A stretch of DNA of 64,000 nucleotides. Source: Candidatus Woesearchaeota archaeon. GTDB taxonomy: Archaea > Nanobdellota > Nanobdellia > Woesearchaeales > GW2011-AR9. Shown here piece after piece: positions 39,150-48,021 of this stretch (positions are counted from its first letter, which is position 1; every line of letters starts with the position of its first letter). The position numbers and the translations under genes are program-made. The notes under the pieces were generated by a model. It was not told the origin of the DNA. It ran no database searches and worked only from the letters and a program-made list of their open reading frames with translations. The DNA lies in contig JABHDY010000003.1 of NCBI GenBank assembly GCA_018676855.1, positions 240,838 through 304,837 on the forward strand, in the 5' to 3' direction.

Positions 39150-39485
39150 TATTATTTGTATGTTAACTTTTATAGCAGTATCACTTTTTAGAACTCTAGA
39201 GAGCATAGCAACGCCTTGTTCTGTGAATGCAAATGGTAACTTTCTTCGGCCACCCTATCTTGATGTCACAGATTGTGATTTCAAGATTTTAACTTCTTCA
39301 TACGTTAACTGAAACATGAAATTCTTTGGAGATCTGTCCTTACTTCGTTTTACAGCCTGATTTAGAACTCGGGTCTCAACTTCATAAAGTTCAGCCAAAT
39401 CACTATCAATCATTACTTGAACTCCTCGAATGTCATAAATCTTGTCTTTGATAGACTCCCCTGACACTATCAATTCATTTTTCAT
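39150..39485 (-). pseudogene. ORF6N-domain DNA-binding protein pseudogene
   Basis: [27 protein letters not shown]...[27 protein letters not shown]; TAG at the normally Trp codon (39255-39257); C-terminus truncated. Confidence 0.8.
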
Positions 39486-39600
39486 CCATATAAAATATTC
39501 TTACTTATTATATAAAGGCTATCAGCACTTGTCCAGTGGGTAGTGTATGAACAAATAAGAATAAAATAAGTGTCTATTGGGTTAGTTTACTCTTTCAAAC

Positions 39601-39840
39601 TTATTCATCCGAACAATAGTCCGTATGTCGAATCATATCACAATGTCCACCATAATGAGTATAGTCATCATGTTCACTATAATCTGTATGATCTTTTCTT
39701 CTAAAGAATACAAAGCTTCCTTCATAATCGACAGTAGTAACTCTTTTTAGAATTCCTGACAAGACAGGGTTAGAAACTCTATCAACATCAATTTCTTCTG
39801 CTGTTAAATCACATAATCTTTTAAAATCTTTTGTAGCCAT
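39601..39840 (-). CDS. Putative RiPP precursor peptide with His-x-Asp repeat core
   Basis: 79 aa; GGTGG SD before ATG 39840; leader-like SNPVLSGILKRV; core RRKDHTDYSEHDDYTHYGGHCDMIRHTDYCSDE; directly downstream of a radical SAM gene. Confidence 0.7.
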   Translation of the reverse strand: MATKDFKRLCDLTAEEIDVDRVSNPVLSGILKRVTTVDYEGSFVFFRRKDHTDYSEHDDYTHYGGHCDMIRHTDYCSDE

Positions 39841-39853
39841 TTTTTTTCCACCT

Positions 39854-40951
39854 TTATTCATTTATTGCTCTATCTTTATCTAATTGTTGTATTACTTTTC
39901 TAGCAATGTGTTCATAAACTCTCTTATTTGAGGCACAACTTGGATCTTTTCCCATGATATCTCCTTCAAGATATGCTCCATGCATACAACCAGAATGACA
40001 AAGAAAGTTATAATCACATTGATTACATTCATCGTTCTTTTCATAACGTGAAGCTAATTCTACTCTTAACGGATGTTCTTGGATTTCTTGGAAGTCAGTA
40101 ATTTTATTAATATTTCCATAAGAAACATCAGGACCTGAGAAACGTGAACAGGGATATAAAGTACCGTCAGTTCCTATTGAAAGAAAACTATCTTGGCAAC
40201 TTTCTACCATATTACAAGAACTTCCACCTTTAGTAAAAAATGCTGAAACTAAAGAGTCCATATTTCCATAGTGAATTGTATGGCCTTGTTTCTGATCATA
40301 AAACCAACGATCAAATAAATGGCAAGTTGCCTGAGCTCTTTCAGTATCACTTAAGCTTAAATCATCAAATTGATCATTTGCATGACCACATTTTATCATT
40401 AAGTTAATTTTAAAATTTAATCCTTCTTCTTTAAAAAAGTCATAAATCTCGTCTAAAAATGGAAAGTTCTTTTTAGTAATTACTGCAATTACTCCTGGAG
40501 ATTTTCCTCTTTCTCTCATCATACCAATTGCTTTCATAGTAGCGTCGAAAGAAGATTTGCCTGAACGATAAGGTCTCGTAAGGTCGTGAAGTCTTTTCGG
40601 TCCATCAAGACTAAAACCTAAACCAAACCTTTCTTTGGTAAAAAAATCTGCTGATTCTGGAGTCAATAAAACACCGTTAGTTTGCATTCCATTACTAACT
40701 TTTACTGAGGCTCCAAATCTTTTTTGTAATTCAACAGCTTTTCTATAGAATTCTAGTTTTGCTGTTAATGGTTCAGCACCATGCCAAATATAACTTACTT
40801 CTTGAGCATCTCCAGTTGTTTGTAAAATCTTAATAGAATTTGTTAAAGTTTCTAAATCCATAACTTGTTTAGACTTATCACCCTCATAACAATAACTACA
40901 TCTTAAATTACAAGACTCAGAAACTTTCATTAAAACGTTTAATCTTTGCAT
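39854..40951 (-). CDS. Radical SAM/SPASM-domain peptide maturase
   Basis: CNLRCSYC, WHGAEP, QTNG, SLDGP..HD..R, SPASM C-x5-C...YPC...CxxC-x5-CxxxC...C. Confidence 0.9.
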   Translation of the reverse strand: MQRLNVLMKVSESCNLRCSYCYEGDKSKQVMDLETLTNSIKILQTTGDAQEVSYIWHGAEPLTAKLEFYRKAVELQKRFGASVKVSNGMQTNGVLLTPESADFFTKERFGLGFSLDGPKRLHDLTRPYRSGKSSFDATMKAIGMMRERGKSPGVIAVITKKNFPFLDEIYDFFKEEGLNFKINLMIKCGHANDQFDDLSLSDTERAQATCHLFDRWFYDQKQGHTIHYGNMDSLVSAFFTKGGSSCNMVESCQDSFLSIGTDGTLYPCSRFSGPDVSYGNINKITDFQEIQEHPLRVELASRYEKNDECNQCDYNFLCHSGCMHGAYLEGDIMGKDPSCASNKRVYEHIARKVIQQLDKDRAINE

Positions 40952-41027
40952 TGGTTAACTACCTTATGTTAACATCAAACCCTTTAATATAATAACAAAA
41001 CTGTACTTAATTTAAATAACTTTCTGA

Positions 41028-41759
41028 TTATTCTACTCTTTCAAACCTATCATCTAACACAACATCAGAATCCTTAACAGTATTAACAGTTAACCTATTA
41101 AAATTATATTTATGCGTAACAGTTTCACCATCAAAAGTAATTACTTCTACAGGTAAACCATAGAAACTGTCTATAGTCATACGTTTGTTGTTGTATTCAA
41201 TAATTGTCATTTTACGTCCATCTTGTGTACTTTCTCCAAACTTTTCTGCGTTTGAAGGTATATCTGAAAGTAAACTTAAGGGAGTAAATTCAGGTACATG
41301 ATCATTATATGGTAAAATGTATGCCTTACCATTATATCCACATCGTCCATCAGCTGGACAGAACCCTATTGTTTCTTCAGAATTATAATATATTTCATTA
41401 TAGAACGTATCTTCTGTAAGTAATATATTATCATCGTACACAATTTTCATTTGATTATTATTGATATATACGTCGTATGAAGGTACCGGTTCTAATTTTC
41501 CCCTATTTGATAATTCTGATCCCACAAAAGAATATTTGTAGTTATCTTGCTGTTGTCCTTTATTGATTAATTCTGTTATTTCTGAGTTTACTTCTGGTTC
41601 TTGTACTTGTGTTGGTGGTTGTACTTCTGGTTCTTGTTCCTGTGGACATTGTGTTTCGTCTTGAACTTCTGTACCGTCAGGGCACGTGAATGTTTCTGTT
41701 ATTGGTTGTGTACATCCTACAAGGAATAATATTGTTATCAAGATAATTGCGAGTTTCAT
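41028..41759 (-). CDS. Putative lipoprotein, paralog of 38328..39098; start reassigned to MKLAII
   Basis: LVGC lipobox, CPDG..C, NYKY.FVG..LS.RGKLEP.P, YNE.YY, ID.FYGLPVE shared with the paralog. Confidence 0.72.
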   Translation of the reverse strand: MKLAIILITILFLVGCTQPITETFTCPDGTEVQDETQCPQEQEPEVQPPTQVQEPEVNSEITELINKGQQQDNYKYSFVGSELSNRGKLEPVPSYDVYINNNQMKIVYDDNILLTEDTFYNEIYYNSEETIGFCPADGRCGYNGKAYILPYNDHVPEFTPLSLLSDIPSNAEKFGESTQDGRKMTIIEYNNKRMTIDSFYGLPVEVITFDGETVTHKYNFNRLTVNTVKDSDVVLDDRFERVE

Positions 41760-41774
41760 ATGATTGTTATGGTA

Positions 41775-41791
41775 AGGTCGTATATAAATTT
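41775..41791 (-). promoter_or_regulatory. Duplicated TATA-containing promoter (copy 2)
   Basis: Identical 17-mer to 39115..39131. Confidence 0.6.
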
Positions 41792-42031
41792 TATTAATCA
41801 GCCACACCCCACTGGACAACCACGCGTAAGGCTTAAATGTGCTGAATACCGGTACTTTTGATGTCACATGTTCGTTGTCCACAATGTTGGAACTCACAGT
41901 TTATAATTAAAAACACGTTAGTTAACATTAAATTTGTTTGTGACAACTGTTTCTTTACAATCATACTTAACCACTGGGACGGTATGTATAGGTACGCGCA
42001 AATCTTAGGTAAATTTAAATAAAATTATTCA

Positions 42032-42304
42032 CTAATTATTATCTTCATATAACCTATCGGCAAAAGAAGGATGAATTACTCCTGTCCTTCTTTCAAAAAG
42101 TTCAACCAGTTGCTGTTCTGTTAAATTTCCTTTGTAAGGCTTCATCCTTGGATCAATACTAAAACAATCTTCTGAAAAATAAAAATCTCCACAAGACGCA
42201 CATTTGTACAATAAACTTCCCGTTGATTCATCCCCACAAGCCCAGCCACTATCTATAGTTGTTTTGGCTAACTTTTCTAAAGAATCGCATATACATTCTG
42301 CCAT
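42032..42304 (-). CDS. Small Cys-rich (Zn-ribbon-like) hypothetical protein
   Basis: CIC...YKCASCGD; GGTGA SD upstream. Confidence 0.55.
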   Translation of the reverse strand: MAECICDSLEKLAKTTIDSGWACGDESTGSLLYKCASCGDFYFSEDCFSIDPRMKPYKGNLTEQQLVELFERRTGVIHPSFADRLYEDNN

Positions 42305-42440
42305 GTAAACATCACCAAAAATATTAGTAGTTAGTTATATTATATATAATAATTCAAGATAGAGGATAATAATAAATATAAACATAGACGTCTTTCTACA
42401 TAGTTCTTTGATGAAGGTTTAAATAAATTTACCCTAAAAA

Positions 42441-42776
42441 TCAAAGTCTAGAAACAATATCCTTATATTCAGTTAATAAACCGTGGTTTCGTGTAGCACA
42501 TCGCATACCGAACCTGAAACATTCAACTTTATGCATTCTTGAAACAAATCTATCATCTAATTCTCCCGTTTCTTTAATTTGTTTAGAGATTAATCTGTAT
42601 GCTTTAATTCCTTTTACGTACTGTAATGCTGAAAGGGTATAAATAAAAAAGTTCGTAGCACCCAAATCTATATCAAAAACATATTTTGTTGTAATTGCAG
42701 CAGCAGCTAATAAGAATCCATCAGGAGCAATTTCCATTGGTTTCACCAAATTATTAACTATTTGTTTCAGTCCCAT
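42441..42776 (-). CDS. Small hypothetical membrane protein
   Basis: Two hydrophobic segments; overlaps the 3' end of the deacetylase gene. Confidence 0.45.
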   Translation of the reverse strand: MGLKQIVNNLVKPMEIAPDGFLLAAAAITTKYVFDIDLGATNFFIYTLSALQYVKGIKAYRLISKQIKETGELDDRFVSRMHKVECFRFGMRCATRNHGLLTEYKDIVSRL

Positions 42777-43548
42777 TTTTCATACTTCCAAACACCCTTC
42801 CTTTTTTCTTATTAACAACAATAAACTTCTCAAGCATACTAACAAATTTCTTACCTGTGTTACGAGTAAACAAGAATGAAACATTATCAGAACTCATTTT
42901 AACAAATTCCCATGAATGGAAATATAAAACGGGATCAATTTTCTTCCGTATTAACTTATTTACAGCACGTTGTGTCCACCACATACCAACATTTCTCATA
43001 AAGGTCCATACGATAGGAAGACGAGTAAGTGGATATACTGCAACTGGAATTTCTTTAATTTGTAAATGTGGAAAACCATGTGGTCGTAATGAAAAACTTC
43101 GATTATTATAATATCCTGGAAGGTACGCTGGATGAAGAGAACTATCATACTCAAAACCAAGTGAATCCAATACTTCTAATAATCGTAAGGAGTATTGTAC
43201 TTGCGGTGCTCTAAACCCAATAATTTTCTCACCAATAATTGTTTCAATAATCTTTTTACCCTTTCTGATATCTTGCAAAACGTCAAATTTACGATTACGA
43301 TAATGATGTTCATAGCCGTGACACGCAATTTCATGACCAGCATTAAATATTCTCAAAACGTCTGAAGGATGTCTCTCTGCGTAATAACCAGTGATAAAAA
43401 ACGTTGCTTTAACATTATGTTTAGAAAACAATTCTAACAAACGCGTATTGCCATCATAACTAAACTGAGTATTAAAATTATCTAAATCTTTTTTACCCCG
43501 TAAATACGGCGAGTTCCATTCTTCACAATCAATTGTTATGTGTATCAT
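42754..43548 (-). CDS. Polysaccharide deacetylase (CE4/NodB-like)
   Basis: TIDCEEW, ATFF, HEIACHGYEH, GFRAP, YDSS, YFHSWEF. Confidence 0.88.
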   Translation of the reverse strand: MIHITIDCEEWNSPYLRGKKDLDNFNTQFSYDGNTRLLELFSKHNVKATFFITGYYAERHPSDVLRIFNAGHEIACHGYEHHYRNRKFDVLQDIRKGKKIIETIIGEKIIGFRAPQVQYSLRLLEVLDSLGFEYDSSLHPAYLPGYYNNRSFSLRPHGFPHLQIKEIPVAVYPLTRLPIVWTFMRNVGMWWTQRAVNKLIRKKIDPVLYFHSWEFVKMSSDNVSFLFTRNTGKKFVSMLEKFIVVNKKKGRVFGSMKNGTETNS

Positions 43549-44965
43549 ATGTATAAACCGTTATATCTACAAATTCTTCAACATTACGTAAAGAATACTC
43601 TTTATTCATTTCTTTAACAAAGAAATCGCCAGTAGCATAATTATGTGACAGGATTAAATGTACGGTATCTTTTCCTTCAATGAAAGGAGGGATGAGTATT
43701 GTATCGGACGTTTCATGTAATCGTAATTGATCCAAACCACCAGTATAATAATAATTGAATGCCCACCACGTATGGCTCGCAGTATGTAACATAATACCGT
43801 CAGTATGATCAATGAACGATGCAGTTTCGCGCCACTGTTCTTTAATATCTTCTGTATAATATGTTACCAATACAAATGAAGATATTACCAAATACAGAAA
43901 CAATAACACGGGAAACAATTTCTTAAGATCAAACATCTTTCTAGAAAAAAATAAATATAGTAATGGTAATGTAAAATGACTATACCTTATCAATGGAGAA
44001 TTGCTAAACAAGAAATCTCGGAAAAATAATGAAAATAGTAAGAACCCAACAAATATTAACGCGAATGTTAAATTAGAAACTTTAAATGATTCTATCCACT
44101 TAACAACTTTCTTTTTGCGTAACATAACAAATACTACCATTACAAATACTAAAGAACAAATAATAGCGAACCATAACAAATATGTAAAACCGTCAAATCC
44201 AAATTTGTATTGAAACTTCAACGATAATATTGTTGATAATAACCATGAAACTTGTACATAGACAAACGGTATCCAGGGTAAATATAACATAAACATTCCT
44301 AAAATTAATAATAACAGTTTTCTAATAGAAGCTGTACACCCGAACCATTTCAACCCGTGTACCTTATTAACATAATACACTACTAAATACACAAAGATTT
44401 CAGCAACAATAACCAAATATCCTAACACGTGCGTGCATAACAATGCAGTATTACCCAATATAAGAAATCCCACATTTCGAAATGATGAATCTTTCAACAA
44501 CGTAACAAAGAAATACAAACTAAACAAAAAGAAAAACATAAACATTGAATACATTTTTGCTTCTTGTGAATAATAGATAAGGACGGATGATAATGAAAAG
44601 AATAATGCTCCCAGAATGCCTTCTTTAAACCCAAACATTTCTCGAACAAAAAAGAACATCATGATAACTGATATTACGCCAAAGAACATTGGAACAAACC
44701 GTAAACTAAACTCTGACGTACCAAACACCGACACAAACGAATTTTCTATAATATAAAATCCTGGCGGGTGAACATCATTCGTTATCAGTATATCAAACAG
44801 TTCTTCATACGATAATGTAGTATAATGGTATGTAAATGCTTCATCAACCCATATCGATTCAGAACCAAGATCATTTACTCGTAAAAACAATCCAATGACT
44901 ACAACAAGTATCAATAAAAACATAACTTTTGTGTGAGAAGTTACCACTGGAAAGTATGCTTTCAT
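43529..44965 (-). CDS. GT39/GT83-like GT-C membrane glycosyltransferase
   Basis: SIWVDEAFT, DVHPP.F, SEFSLRF, YYSQEAKMYS. Confidence 0.8.
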   Translation of the reverse strand: MKAYFPVVTSHTKVMFLLILVVVIGLFLRVNDLGSESIWVDEAFTYHYTTLSYEELFDILITNDVHPPGFYIIENSFVSVFGTSEFSLRFVPMFFGVISVIMMFFFVREMFGFKEGILGALFFSLSSVLIYYSQEAKMYSMFMFFFLFSLYFFVTLLKDSSFRNVGFLILGNTALLCTHVLGYLVIVAEIFVYLVVYYVNKVHGLKWFGCTASIRKLLLLILGMFMLYLPWIPFVYVQVSWLLSTILSLKFQYKFGFDGFTYLLWFAIICSLVFVMVVFVMLRKKKVVKWIESFKVSNLTFALIFVGFLLFSLFFRDFLFSNSPLIRYSHFTLPLLYLFFSRKMFDLKKLFPVLLFLYLVISSFVLVTYYTEDIKEQWRETASFIDHTDGIMLHTASHTWWAFNYYYTGGLDQLRLHETSDTILIPPFIEGKDTVHLILSHNYATGDFFVKEMNKEYSLRNVEEFVDITVYTYDTHNN

Positions 44966-44999
44966 AATCTTTATAAAGCTTATGAAATCCTAAAATTCG

Positions 45000-45869
45000 A
45001 TGAAAGTAGTCATTTCTATACCTGCATATAACGAAGAAAGAACCCTCCCAAGAGTACTTGAAGAAATTAAAGAAATAACAAAAAATAAACATACAATTCT
45101 TGTCTTAAATGACGGGTCGGAAGACAAAACGAAAGAGGTAGCTGAAAAGCATGGTGCCATTGTCGTATCAAACAAAAAGAACCGTGGTTTAGCAGAAACG
45201 TTCAGGCAAGAAATGAAAGAGTGTATCAAACTGAAGGCAGACATAATCGTCCATACGGACGCTGACGGTCAGTACCATCCTCAACATATTCCACAATTAA
45301 TTGAAAAGGTACAGGAAGGATACGATTTGGTTCTAGGAAGTAGATTCCGTGGAAAAATTGAAAAAATGCCGTTCATGAAAAGGCTTGGAAACAAAATGTT
45401 TTCCCGTGTTATCAGTAAACTAACAAAAACGTACGTCACAGATTCAACCACTGGTTACAGAGCCTTTACAAGAGAAGTTGCAGAAGATATCAATTATATT
45501 AACACCTTTACCTATACTCAAGAACAAATAATTAAAGCTGCAAAGCAGGGATTTAAAATAACAGAAATACCAATAGTAGCCAGAAAAACAAGAAATTCGC
45601 GTTTATTCAAAAGTCCGTTACAGTACGCAATTAAAGCGTGGATAAATATTTTAAGAATATATAGAGATTATGATCCGTTAAAATTTTTTGGATATGCTGG
45701 AGGCGTCCTATTTTTTATGGGAGTATTGATAGGAATATACATCCTTGGACATATACTTGTCACGGGAAGTGCTGGCGGTATTCCACGAGTTATATTAAGT
45801 GCAATATTAATGCTAGGTGGAATACAAATAACCATTTTTGGTTTCCTTGCTGACATGTTACGAAAATGA
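45000..45869 (+). CDS. GT2 glycosyltransferase
   Basis: IPAYNEE, DGSED, DADGQY, GSRF, C-terminal TMs. Confidence 0.9.
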   Translation: MKVVISIPAYNEERTLPRVLEEIKEITKNKHTILVLNDGSEDKTKEVAEKHGAIVVSNKKNRGLAETFRQEMKECIKLKADIIVHTDADGQYHPQHIPQLIEKVQEGYDLVLGSRFRGKIEKMPFMKRLGNKMFSRVISKLTKTYVTDSTTGYRAFTREVAEDINYINTFTYTQEQIIKAAKQGFKITEIPIVARKTRNSRLFKSPLQYAIKAWINILRIYRDYDPLKFFGYAGGVLFFMGVLIGIYILGHILVTGSAGGIPRVILSAILMLGGIQITIFGFLADMLRK

Positions 45870-45946
45870 AAATTCTTAAGAATTTTCAATGTTTATTGGA
45901 AAAGGCACGGACAAAATAATGGTGAGGCATTCAATCCAACAAACAA

Positions 45947-46888
45947 ATGAAACTTAACATTATTCTAAAGATTCTTGTTAGTATTACACTTTTAGTATAT
46001 TTAATTCTAAAGATAGACATTATAAACATAATTCATATTCTTCAGAATATTCATCCTGCAATATACATCTTGTTTGCAATCCCTTTCCTTTTAGTAATAT
46101 TCCTTAATAGTATCAGTGTGTACTTTTTATTATTATCAATCAACATTAAAACCAAATTTAAAGATATTATTAAGTTCAAACTTCTTTCAAGATCATTCAG
46201 TTTATTCTTTCCAGGTCAGTTAGGAGAATTAACCCTTGCACCATTATTAAAAACAAAAAAAATTCCAATGGGCAAATCGTTAGCAGTGATAACGTTAGAC
46301 AAAATCATTTCGTTAACTCTCATTTCACTATTTGCATTTTACGGCTTTTTACTTTATTTTGAAACCAGTACGGGATGGAAATTTATAATTCCTATACTCC
46401 TTATCATCATTATCATCCCCATAATTCTCCTTTCACAAAAAAGAAGATTTTTCGTACGAAAATATATATTAAGAAAATATGCAAAATTGTTTACGGGATA
46501 TAGTAAAAATATTAGATCAATACTGAGGAAACGAAAAGATGCACTGTTCATCGATGTTACAATGACATTATTTTGGTTAGTCTCAACAGCAACCATTATC
46601 AAAGTCCTGTTCATGTATTTCGGGTTCCATGTTAACATTATAGAAATTCTTGCGATACAAGCTATAGGCGCATTATCGTCCATGGTTCCCATTTCTTTAT
46701 CAGGACTGGGCGTCCGAGAATCTATTGCTGTTTATCTGTACTACAAAATTGGTATTGACCCTGCAGTTGTGGGAACAATATTCTTACTTTTTTTGTTCGC
46801 ATCATACCTTTTCTCCACAATAACTATCATTATTGCGTCAAAAAACTTTTCAGTAAAAAAATTAAAAAGTATTGTTAAAGAAAATTAA
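45947..46888 (+). CDS. Lysylphosphatidylglycerol-synthase-TM/UPF0104 flippase-like membrane protein
   Basis: FFPGQLGE, DK, PISLSGLGVRE. Confidence 0.82.
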   Translation: MKLNIILKILVSITLLVYLILKIDIINIIHILQNIHPAIYILFAIPFLLVIFLNSISVYFLLLSINIKTKFKDIIKFKLLSRSFSLFFPGQLGELTLAPLLKTKKIPMGKSLAVITLDKIISLTLISLFAFYGFLLYFETSTGWKFIIPILLIIIIIPIILLSQKRRFFVRKYILRKYAKLFTGYSKNIRSILRKRKDALFIDVTMTLFWLVSTATIIKVLFMYFGFHVNIIEILAIQAIGALSSMVPISLSGLGVRESIAVYLYYKIGIDPAVVGTIFLLFLFASYLFSTITIIIASKNFSVKKLKSIVKEN

Positions 46889-47913
46889 CGGTTCCATTTC
46901 CGTAAAGAAATGAAGTCTACCATCCATTGTGTTAAATCAATCTTGTCAGATAACATTTTTTTCTTACGAACAGCAAACGTTTTATCGGATAACCCCCCCT
47001 CAACTAATGATCGAACCTTTGCTAACGCAGGTTTAAACGTTTTAAAATTGAATGCTAACCCATACTTTTGATGATCGTACAAATAACCAAACTGTAAATT
47101 GTTTACATACACAGCAGGCGTACCCAAAACGGCAGATTCCGATGCCATTGTTGCTCCCTCACCAACATATAACGATGAATAATACATTACGGAATGGATC
47201 TTGTCAGGCGAGACCGCCATTCGATACTTTTCAAATTCCTTAGGAAGTTCATTTTCAGACGTAATAACAACACGACCATACTTTTCTAACGTATGAACAA
47301 TTGCACGTTTCATCTTTAGGTCAAGACCTTTCTGGTTAATATCGTGCGATGCTTGCCATGAAACGAACCGTACCAAAAAGAACTTCTCACCCTTCCTAAG
47401 ACCCAAATCTTTCAGAACGGTTTTGTCAGGAACAAAATAATGTGGATGTAAATATGCCAGTTCGTGACAGCCAGGATATGTAAAATGGGTACCATTAACT
47501 TTTTTATAATACGAATCGGGCGTACAGACAGCAGATGCAAGTGGATAGACAAACCAGTTCGTCATACCTGCACATTCATTATTATAAATAACAACTGATG
47601 GCCTTCCTAACAACTTTCCAACAAGAGAAATTGAGGGACCCATATCTCCTAACAACACGTCAGGTTTGAACCTTTTAGATATCTTGTACAACCTATATGT
47701 TCGAGACACAAATTCCCATAACAGGTTAAATTTACCTTTCTTTAAAGAACTGATTTTAACAAACTTAATCTTATATTTTTGTAATAGGTCAATTGCAACA
47801 TCTTTTGTTCTTGCTGTAACAAGTATTTTGTGACCTTTTTCTTCCATGATACGTATAAAGTTCTTAAACAGATGAACATGTGCTGGATGTAAAATGTCTA
47901 TAAGTATTTTCAT
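46885..47913 (-). CDS. DUF354 family GT-B-fold protein; start reassigned to MKILID
   Basis: ILIDILHPAHVHLFK, ELAYLHP..F.PD, RFVSWQASHD, GEGATMASESAVLGTP. Confidence 0.8.
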   Translation of the reverse strand: MKILIDILHPAHVHLFKNFIRIMEEKGHKILVTARTKDVAIDLLQKYKIKFVKISSLKKGKFNLLWEFVSRTYRLYKISKRFKPDVLLGDMGPSISLVGKLLGRPSVVIYNNECAGMTNWFVYPLASAVCTPDSYYKKVNGTHFTYPGCHELAYLHPHYFVPDKTVLKDLGLRKGEKFFLVRFVSWQASHDINQKGLDLKMKRAIVHTLEKYGRVVITSENELPKEFEKYRMAVSPDKIHSVMYYSSLYVGEGATMASESAVLGTPAVYVNNLQFGYLYDHQKYGLAFNFKTFKPALAKVRSLVEGGLSDKTFAVRKKKMLSDKIDLTQWMVDFISLRKWNR

Positions 47914-48021
47914 ATACTCTTCAGACAGTAAACCATTTTTATGTTTTATGTATTTTAAGACTAATTTAGTATCAGTATACCATAACTTATTTAAGAGGAA
48001 AATAATCTTAAAACCTCTATT

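Noticed and set aside
39255-39257. Genome-wide TAG recoding
   Set aside because: TAG terminates other intact genes (e.g. cysC and the two NTase/HIT-region genes) and only one interrupted gene is seen.
39854-40951. Radical SAM as an anaerobic sulfatase-maturating enzyme for the AlkP proteins
   Set aside because: The AlkP proteins lack the (C/S)xPxR motif and lie over 30 kb away, while a precursor-like peptide is directly coupled. Disfavoured but not formally excluded.
41760-41897. N-terminal extension of the lipoprotein ORF
   Set aside because: The signal peptide and duplicated TATA motif define the start at 41759.
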